A stretch of DNA of 60,801 nucleotides from NCBI GenBank assembly GCA_038041995.1, contig JBBTFF010000050.1, positions 7,176 to 67,976 on the forward strand, given 5' to 3'. The stretch is from Gemmatimonadota bacterium (GTDB taxonomy: Bacteria; Gemmatimonadota; Gemmatimonadetes; Gemmatimonadales; Gemmatimonadaceae). The stretch's first letter is position 1; the number at the start of each line of letters is the position of its first letter. The notes beneath the pieces are model-generated. The model was not told where the DNA came from. It saw only the letters and a program-made list of their open reading frames with translations, and ran no database searches. Below, piece by piece: positions 54,648-60,801 of the stretch. The translations under genes were made by a program, and so were the position numbers.

Positions 54648-56855
54648 ATGAACGCTCGCGCCGCCGCCCTCAAGGCCATCGCCTCGCGCGTGGTCACGCC
54701 CCCCGACATTCCTTCCACGCACGAAAACGGGCTGCCGATTTCGCACTACTTCGGTTCGCTTACGTTCGGCGTGCGTCAGATGCGTGACAAGCTCCCCAAG
54801 GAGGTGTTCGCGAAGATCAACAGCGCCGTCCGCCTCGGCAGGAAGCTCGATCTCGACATTGCGCCGACGGTCGCCAAGGTCATCAAGGAATGGGCGATGT
54901 CGCATGGAGTCACCCACTTCTGCCACTGGTTCCAGCCGCAGACGGGGCTCACCGCCGAGAAGCACGACGCGTTCTTCTCGTTCGATGAGAACAAGCTCCC
55001 CATGGAGGCGTTCACCGGCGAGCAGCTCATCCAGAGCGAGCCCGATGCGTCGTCGTTCCCGTCGGGCGGACTGCGCGCCACGTGGGAAGCGCGCGGCTAC
55101 ACCGCGTGGAACCCGGCGTCGCCCGTCTTCATCATGGAGTCGGCGGGTACCAAGACGCTCTGCATCCCGTCGGTCTTCATCGGCTACAACGGCGAGGCGC
55201 TCGACGAGGTCACCCCGCTCCTTCGGTCGTCCGACGTCCTTTCCCACAAGTCGATGGAACTCCTCGAGCTACTCGGCGACAATGGCGCGCTGCGCGTCTA
55301 CACCACGATGGGCGCCGAACAGGAGTACTTCCTGATCGATCGCGGGCACTTCGCCCTGCGACCCGACCTCGTGATGGGCGGCCGCACGCTCATCGGCGCG
55401 CCGCCGCCGCGCGGCCAGCAGCTCGAGGACCACTACTTCGGCGGCATTCCCGAGCGCGTGCAGGGCTGCATCGCCGAGGTCGAGTACGAGCTCTATCGCC
55501 TGGGCGTCCCGATCGTCACGCGTCACAACGAAGTGGCCCCGTGCCAGTTCGAGATGGCGCCGGTGTTCGAAGAGACCGACATTGCCGTCGACCACAACCA
55601 GCTGGTCATGGCGATCCTCCGCAAGGTTGCCGCGCGCCACGGCCTCACCGCCCTGCTGCACGAGAAACCCTTCGCCGGCATCAATGGCTCGGGCAAGCAC
55701 TGCAACTGGTCCATGTCTATCGCCTCGGACAACGAGCTCGACGGCGTCAACCTGCTCAAGCCGGGCAAGACGCCGCACCAGAACCTGCGCTTCCTCCTGT
55801 TCCTTGCCGCCGTCCTCAAGGGCGTTCACAAGCACCAGGGGCTGCTGCGCGCGGGCGTCGCCACGTCGGGCAACGAGCATCGTCTCGGCGCCAATGAGGC
55901 GCCGCCGGCCATCATCTCCGTGTTCCTCGGTTCGATGCTCACCAACATGATCGAGGACATCATCGCCGGACGCACGGGCACCAGCGCCGAGCAGGCCATG
56001 ATCAAGCTGGGTGTCGCCAAGCTCCCCGAGATCTCCAAGGACAACACCGACCGCAACCGAACGTCGCCGCTCGCTTTCACCGGCGCCAAGTTCGAGTTCC
56101 GTGCCGTCGGCTCGTCGCAGTCCATCGCCTTCCCGGTGATGATCTTCAATGCCATCGTTGCCGAGGCCATTGGCGAGTTGATCGCGTCGCTGAAAGCCGA
56201 GATGAAGAAGACCAAGTCCGTCGATGACGCGGTGCTGCGGGTCGTGAAGGAGGCCTTCAAGGAGACCACGACCATTCGGTTCGAGGGCAACGGCTACGCG
56301 CCGGAGTGGGTCAGGGAGGCCAAGCGGCGCGGCCTTCTCAACCTGCGCGGCACGCCCGAGGCGCTCGACCAGATCAACGCCAGGACCACCAAGGCGCTGT
56401 TCATCACGCTGGGCATTCTCACGCCGCCGGAACTCGAGAGCCGCTATCACATCCGGGTCGAGCGGTACCTCAAGGACATGCTCATCGAGATGCACACCAT
56501 GCGCGAGCTCATCGACACCATGGTGCTGCCGGCCGCGCTCAAGTACCTCGGCGTGCTGGCCGACGCGGCGCAGAAGTCCAAGGCCGTCGGCATCCGGGTC
56601 AATCCCGCGACCGTCGCCGCCACGGCGTTCGCCAGGCAGGTCACCGACCTGCAAAAGCGCGCCGCCGCGCTCCGCACCGCCGCGGACAAGGCCGATACCA
56701 TGCACCACACGCCGTCCAGGTGCGCGCAATTCCTCACCTCCACGGGCGCCGACGCCATGGCCGCCGCGCGCGAAGTCTCGGACGCAATCGAGTTGACGAT
56801 GGGTGACGAGTACTGGCCGTTGCCGCGCTACCGGGAGATGGTGTTTCCGGTGTAA
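54648..56855 (+). CDS. glnN: Glutamine synthetase type III
   Basis: 735 aa. The N-terminus ...HYFGSLTFGVRQMRDKLPKEVFAKI...IKEWAMSHGVTHFCHWFQPQTGLTAEKHDAFF, plus NEVAPCQFEMAP and KPFAGINGSGKHCNWS, are GSIII hallmarks. Confidence 0.9.
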   Translation: MNARAAALKAIASRVVTPPDIPSTHENGLPISHYFGSLTFGVRQMRDKLPKEVFAKINSAVRLGRKLDLDIAPTVAKVIKEWAMSHGVTHFCHWFQPQTGLTAEKHDAFFSFDENKLPMEAFTGEQLIQSEPDASSFPSGGLRATWEARGYTAWNPASPVFIMESAGTKTLCIPSVFIGYNGEALDEVTPLLRSSDVLSHKSMELLELLGDNGALRVYTTMGAEQEYFLIDRGHFALRPDLVMGGRTLIGAPPPRGQQLEDHYFGGIPERVQGCIAEVEYELYRLGVPIVTRHNEVAPCQFEMAPVFEETDIAVDHNQLVMAILRKVAARHGLTALLHEKPFAGINGSGKHCNWSMSIASDNELDGVNLLKPGKTPHQNLRFLLFLAAVLKGVHKHQGLLRAGVATSGNEHRLGANEAPPAIISVFLGSMLTNMIEDIIAGRTGTSAEQAMIKLGVAKLPEISKDNTDRNRTSPLAFTGAKFEFRAVGSSQSIAFPVMIFNAIVAEAIGELIASLKAEMKKTKSVDDAVLRVVKEAFKETTTIRFEGNGYAPEWVREAKRRGLLNLRGTPEALDQINARTTKALFITLGILTPPELESRYHIRVERYLKDMLIEMHTMRELIDTMVLPAALKYLGVLADAAQKSKAVGIRVNPATVAATAFARQVTDLQKRAAALRTAADKADTMHHTPSRCAQFLTSTGADAMAAAREVSDAIELTMGDEYWPLPRYREMVFPV

Positions 56856-56968
56856 GAGAACGACAGAGTACGACAGAATACGACAGAATACGACGGACGA
56901 GGCCCGCCATCGATTGATGCGCGGGCCTCGCCTGTCGTACTCTGTCGGACTCTGTCGTACTCTCTCTT
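56856..56968. repeat. Family B element in palindromic form: inverted 10-bp arrays flanking a GC hairpin (likely bidirectional terminator)
   Basis: From left to right: gagaacgacagagtacgacagaatacgacagaatacgacgg, then CGAGGCCCGC-loop-GCGGGCCTCG (56898-56930), then cctgtcgtactctgtcggactctgtcgtactctctc. It lies between the convergent glnN (stop 56855) and the YVTN gene (stop 56972). Confidence 0.85.
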
Positions 56969-56971
56969 ATT

Positions 56972-57940
56972 CTATCGCTCCGCGATTGCCACCCCGTCGG
57001 GCCCGTCGCCCACCGCGATGGTGCGCAGCAGTTTGCGCGCGGCCACGTCAAGCTCGGCGATGGCGTTGATCCCCTGGCATGCCACGTACAGCCGCTTGCC
57101 ATCGCGGGACCACGTCATGCCTACTGGCTGCGCGTTCGCCGGGGCTTCGAGCATCCCGACTTCCTTGCGCGTCGTTACGTCGATCAGCCGGATGCGCGCC
57201 GAGATCGTCAGCGCGGCCGCTGCCGTCCGGCCGTCGGGAGAGATCGTCACGCGGTACGGGCGTTCCCCCTGGTCGAGCGTCGCCACCACCTTCCAGCTCG
57301 CCACGTCGACAATCGAGATCGTCCCGGCCGTGTTGCTTCCCACCCACACCTCGCGGCCGTTCGGGGTGACGCCAATCCCCTCCACCTCGGGAGCGACACC
57401 CAGCGCGCGCGTGGCGCCGGTGACGAAGTTCACCTCGGTGATCGTCCCGCTGCGGATGTTGGCGGTGTAGCCCACCCTTCCGTCGGGACGTACCGCCATC
57501 TGGTGCGTGGACTGCTGTTCCGTCGGGTGGACGCGCCGGATTGCCCCGCTCGGTGCGTGCACCACGAGCACCGCCTGGTTCGCCTCCACCGTCACGGCGA
57601 TCAGTGAATCACCCGGCAGGAACGCGATGCCGTGCGGCCGGCGGTACTCACCGAGGTCGATGGTGCGCGCCACCGTGCGCGTGGCAAGGTCGAGCAGCAG
57701 CAGCGAGTTCCCCGGGGAGCCTGCGCCGTAGCCGGTGACAACCGCCCATTTGCCATCGTGCGACGCCGCACTCTCGTGCGGTCCGGGCGCCGTCGGCACC
57801 ACCGCAAGCGTCGCCCCCGTGCGCAGGTCGACGATGGACGCCGTGTTCGCCCGCTTGTTGCCGGCTACCAGCAGGCCCGAGGGTGACTGGGCGGATAGGG
57901 CACCAGCGCCGAGGACGCCGAGGAAGACGATGGCACGCAT
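56972..57940 (-). CDS. YVTN-family beta-propeller repeat protein, secreted
   Basis: Signal peptide MRAIVFLGVLGAGALSAQ. Repeated ~40-aa units are present (PHESAASHDGKWAVVT, PHGIAFLPGDSLIAVT, EGIGVTPNGREVWV, PYRVTISPDGRTAAAA, PVGMTWSRDGKRLYVA, PDGVAIA). Confidence 0.75.
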   Translation of the reverse strand: MRAIVFLGVLGAGALSAQSPSGLLVAGNKRANTASIVDLRTGATLAVVPTAPGPHESAASHDGKWAVVTGYGAGSPGNSLLLLDLATRTVARTIDLGEYRRPHGIAFLPGDSLIAVTVEANQAVLVVHAPSGAIRRVHPTEQQSTHQMAVRPDGRVGYTANIRSGTITEVNFVTGATRALGVAPEVEGIGVTPNGREVWVGSNTAGTISIVDVASWKVVATLDQGERPYRVTISPDGRTAAAALTISARIRLIDVTTRKEVGMLEAPANAQPVGMTWSRDGKRLYVACQGINAIAELDVAARKLLRTIAVGDGPDGVAIAER

Positions 57941-57980
57941 GGGGGGCTCCAGGGTTCAACGCAAGACGGCATGACGCGGC

Positions 57981-58047
57981 ATTCTGTCGCACTCTGTCGT
58001 ACTCTGTCGTATTCTGTCGTATTCTGTCGTATTCTGTCGTTCTCTCG
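57981..58047 (+). repeat. Family B 10-bp tandem array, about 6.5 units
   Basis: The units read attctgtcgc actctgtcgt actctgtcgt attctgtcgt attctgtcgt attctgtcgt tctctcg. The array fills most of the gap between the methyltransferase stop and the YVTN start. Confidence 0.9.
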
Positions 58048-58049
58048 CT

Positions 58050-58772
58050 CTATTTCTTGACCGCCACGACCGTCAGATACTCGTTCACGAGTCCCTTGGT
58101 CACCGTCAGTTGCACGCGCCGTGCCAGCACCGAGGGATGCCGCACGTACCATCTCAGCAGGCCGTGCCGACGGTCGCGCTGACGCGCGCCGCGCGATTCG
58201 CCGAACACGTCGCCCAGCGTGAAACGGTGGCTCTGTTCGAGCGCGCGTTCCTCCACGAAGCCGTGTGACGAGAGCAGTTCGCGGAACGAGTGCCGGGTGA
58301 AATCCCACAGGTGATGCGGGTTGCCGTCGGTCGATACCGTCACCGGCACCGACGCGATGAACCGTCCGCCGACCGGCAGCACCGTGGCAACGCGGGCAAC
58401 GTACGCGCGCGGGTTCGGCAGGTGCTCAACAGTCTCGAGACTCACCCACACCGCGGGCTTTGACGACGGCGCGTAACGCAGGGCGTCCGCTTCGTAGTAG
58501 ATGATGGACGGGTGCACGTGCCGTGCGCGTGCATAGGCAAGCGCGCTCCGGTCGAGATCCACCCCCTGCACCGACCGGGCGCCGGCCTGCGCCAGCATTT
58601 CGCTGCCGTAACCCGTGCCACATGCGCAATCCACCACGTCGACATCACGCACATACTCGGACGCCAGGCGGTAACGCTCCAGATGGAGCGCCAGCGTTGC
58701 CTTGTCGAACGGCGTCGACGAGGAAACCAGCAGTGGATCGAGTCGTTCGGCGGACAGCTGGAATTCAGGCAT
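58050..58772 (-). CDS. Class I SAM-dependent methyltransferase
   Basis: SAM-binding motif I VVDCACGTGYGSEML and the post-I acidic residue (VQGVDLD) are present. 240 aa. Confidence 0.8.
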   Translation of the reverse strand: MPEFQLSAERLDPLLVSSSTPFDKATLALHLERYRLASEYVRDVDVVDCACGTGYGSEMLAQAGARSVQGVDLDRSALAYARARHVHPSIIYYEADALRYAPSSKPAVWVSLETVEHLPNPRAYVARVATVLPVGGRFIASVPVTVSTDGNPHHLWDFTRHSFRELLSSHGFVEERALEQSHRFTLGDVFGESRGARQRDRRHGLLRWYVRHPSVLARRVQLTVTKGLVNEYLTVVAVKK

Positions 58773-58807
58773 CAGGAGATTGAACAGTGAATGTCGGCAG
58801 GTGAAGG

Positions 58808-58865
58808 TCGTCCTCTGTCGTCCTCTGTCGTACTCTGTCGTACTCTGTCGTCTTCTGTCGTACTC
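58808..58865 (+). repeat. Family B 10-bp tandem array, about 5.5 units
   Basis: The units read tcgtcctctg tcgtcctctg tcgtactctg tcgtactctg tcgtcttctg tcgtactc. The array abuts the glnA stop codon (58866-58868). Confidence 0.9.
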
Positions 58866-60335
58866 TCAGTACTTCCCAAGATACTGCGCCAGCTCCCACT
58901 CGCTCACCTGCGTCACGTAGTCGCGCCATTCCTGGCGCTTGGCGTCCAGGAAGTGCCGGGTCACGTGTTCGCCGAGTGCCGCGCAGATTTCCTTGTCCTT
59001 CTCCAGCTCGTCACACGCTTCGTTCAGGTCATGCGGCAGGTCGTCGATGCGCAGGCGCCGTTTCTCCCGGAAGCTCATCTCCCAGATGTTCTCGTTCACC
59101 GGCTCGCGGCTCGACGCCTGCGTCTCGATGCCGTCCAGGCCGGCAGCCAGCATCACCGCCAGCGCCAGGTAGGGATTCGCACTCGGGTCGGGAGATCGCA
59201 GCTCGGCGCGCGTCCCCGCACCGCGGCGAGCCGGCACCCGAACGAGCGGCGAGCGATTGCGCATGGACCACGCCACGTTTACCGGCGCCTCGAAGCCAGG
59301 CACCAGCCGCTTGTACGAGTTCACCAGCGGGTTGGTGATCGCGCACATGCCGCGTGCATGCTGCAGCAACCCGCCGATGTAATGGTGCGCCACCGACGAC
59401 AGCTCGTACTCCCCCTTCGCGTCGTAGAAGGCGTTCTGCCCGTCCTTGAACAGCGACTGGTGGGTGTGCATCCCGCTGCCGTTCTGGCCGTAGATGGGCT
59501 TGGGCATGAACGACGCGTGCAGTCCGAACTGCTGCGCCACGTTGCGCACCACGAACCGGAAGGTCGCCAGCGCGTCGGCCGTGGTCAGCGCGTCGGCGTA
59601 CCGGAAGTCGATCTCGTGCTGGCCGTGCGCCACTTCATGGTGCGACGCCTCGATCTCGAAGCCCATCTGCTCCAGCGCATCGACGATCGCGCGCCGCGCC
59701 TCCTCGCCCAGATCCACCGGCGTCAGGTCGAAATAGCTTCCCACGTCGTGTGTCGTCGTGCTCGGCGTGCCGTCGGGACCCAGGCGGAACATGAAGAACT
59801 CCGCCTCCATCCCGGCAAACATCGTGTACCCCAGCCTGGCCGCGCGATCCACCTGTCGCTTGAGCACGAGGCGCGGGTCGCCGGCGAACGGCTCCCCCTC
59901 CGGCGTGGTGATGTCGCAGATCAGGCGCGCCACGCGGGCCTGCGGGTCGCTCCACGGGAAGATGCGGAAGGTGTCGAGTTCGGGACGCAACAGCATGTCG
60001 CTCTCTTCCACGCGCACGAAACCCTCGATCGACGACCCGTCGAACAGGATGTCGCCGGCCAGCGCCTTCTTCAGCTGGGACACCGGGATCTCGACATTCT
60101 TGTTGACACCGAGGATGTCGGTGAACTGCAGGCGGAGAAAGCGAACGCGGTGCCGCTCGGTGAGCTCGAGCAGGTCCTTGGCGGTCACACCTCGCAGGTC
60201 GCTGAGCAGGGCGCGGGACGAAGCAGTCACGAAAGGCGGAGGCGGAGATCGGGGTCCAGGGGGTTTGTGGCGTTCCAGCCGGAACTGTAGAGTTTGGGCG
60301 CCAGCGCGCGCCGCCGCAATGCGTCGCGTGCCCAT
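58866..60335 (-). CDS. glnA: Glutamine synthetase type I
   Basis: VRFLRLQFTDILGVNKNVEIP...FDGSSIEGF...MFAGMEAEFF, KPIYGQNGSGMHTHQS and NPYLALAVMLAAGLDGI are GSI hallmarks. The start is uncertain: ATG 60335 (489 aa) or GTG 60230 (454 aa, closer to typical GSI length). Confidence 0.88.
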   Translation of the reverse strand: MGTRRIAAARAGAQTLQFRLERHKPPGPRSPPPPFVTASSRALLSDLRGVTAKDLLELTERHRVRFLRLQFTDILGVNKNVEIPVSQLKKALAGDILFDGSSIEGFVRVEESDMLLRPELDTFRIFPWSDPQARVARLICDITTPEGEPFAGDPRLVLKRQVDRAARLGYTMFAGMEAEFFMFRLGPDGTPSTTTHDVGSYFDLTPVDLGEEARRAIVDALEQMGFEIEASHHEVAHGQHEIDFRYADALTTADALATFRFVVRNVAQQFGLHASFMPKPIYGQNGSGMHTHQSLFKDGQNAFYDAKGEYELSSVAHHYIGGLLQHARGMCAITNPLVNSYKRLVPGFEAPVNVAWSMRNRSPLVRVPARRGAGTRAELRSPDPSANPYLALAVMLAAGLDGIETQASSREPVNENIWEMSFREKRRLRIDDLPHDLNEACDELEKDKEICAALGEHVTRHFLDAKRQEWRDYVTQVSEWELAQYLGKY

Positions 60336-60398
60336 TTCGGGAGCGCCACGTTAGCTTTCCCGGATGCGGTTCAACTACCGTCTATCGTCTACGATCTA

Positions 60399-60801
60399 AT
60401 GTCCATTTCCTGCCCACGCTGCGGCGAAGACACCTCCGGCACCTTCTGTTCTCACTGCGGAGCCGCCCTCAGGGGCGCCTCATGCCCGAGCTGCGACGGT
60501 GCCCTCACGCCGGGTGCGCAATTCTGCCACCACTGTGGAGCAGCCATGCCGGGGGCCGCCAGCGCCGGCGGAACGAGTCGCGTTCCGTGGATCGTGACCG
60601 GCGTTGCGCTGCTGGCCGTCATCGCCCTCGTGCTCTTTCAAGCCTCGCGCGCGTCCACCGTGGCGGCCCCTGACGACGGCGGGTCGATGACTGGAGGCGT
60701 CCCGCTGGCCGGCAACGCCCCGTTCGCCGGCGGCGGCATGCCCCCGGTCGGCGACATTTCCAGGATGTCGCCGCAGGAGCAGGCGGACCGCCTCTTCAAT
60801 C
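60399..60801 (+). CDS. 5' fragment (runs off window) of a double zinc-ribbon, single-pass membrane protein
   Basis: This ORF is not in the supplied track because it has no stop inside the window. ATG 60399 gives MSISCPRCGEDTSGTFCSHCGAALRGASCPSCDGALTPGAQFCHHCGAAMPG...VPWIVTGVALLAVIALVLF...RMSPQEQADRLFN. It has four CxxC pairs followed by a TM helix. Confidence 0.6.
   Translation, partial: MSISCPRCGEDTSGTFCSHCGAALRGASCPSCDGALTPGAQFCHHCGAAMPGAASAGGTSRVPWIVTGVALLAVIALVLFQASRASTVAAPDDGGSMTGGVPLAGNAPFAGGGMPPVGDISRMSPQEQADRLFN

Overview
High-GC (~65-70% by eye) bacterial chromosomal segment. The gene content suggests a Gemmatimonadota-like or FCB-group organism: many secreted proteins with signal peptides ending ...AAQ, CarboxypepD_reg/plug proteins, sortilin-like BNR proteins and CBM9/DUF5916 barrels. 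This taxon call is inference only. I support about 41 CDS (2 cut by the window edges), one interrupted gene (yjdM/phnA) and one tRNA-Cys(GCA). I saw no rRNA, CRISPR array, transposase, integrase or phage genes. Content by theme: (1) secreted peptidases and hydrolases: S46, M61, S9, an S51-S12-BNR fusion, an amidase, GH20, a GHL10-like protein and a GH-D-like protein. (2) Transporters: SulP-STAS-cNMP, SSS, a TatT-type TRAP system, TauE and DASS. (3) A sulfide-detoxification-like cluster translationally coupled to argJ. (4) Two glutamine synthetases, GSIII and GSI. Items worth a second look: (a) a stand-alone Pls/PosA-type membrane NRPS (A-T plus three TM-separated hexapeptide-repeat domains), a candidate homopoly(amino acid) synthetase; (b) a tri-domain lipoprotein (cyanophycinase-like S51 + beta-lactamase-fold S12 + Ycf48/BNR propeller) translationally coupled to an amidase; (c) a dispersed 10-bp tandem repeat (core CTGTCGT) at four intergenic sites bracketing the glnN-glnA block and tRNA-Cys; (d) a second family of ~145-nt long-hairpin intergenic elements built from CTTCGYG subrepeats; (e) yjdM/phnA interrupted by an in-frame TAG inside its zinc-ribbon CPxC motif. 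All functional calls come from reading motifs in the supplied translations. No database search was run.
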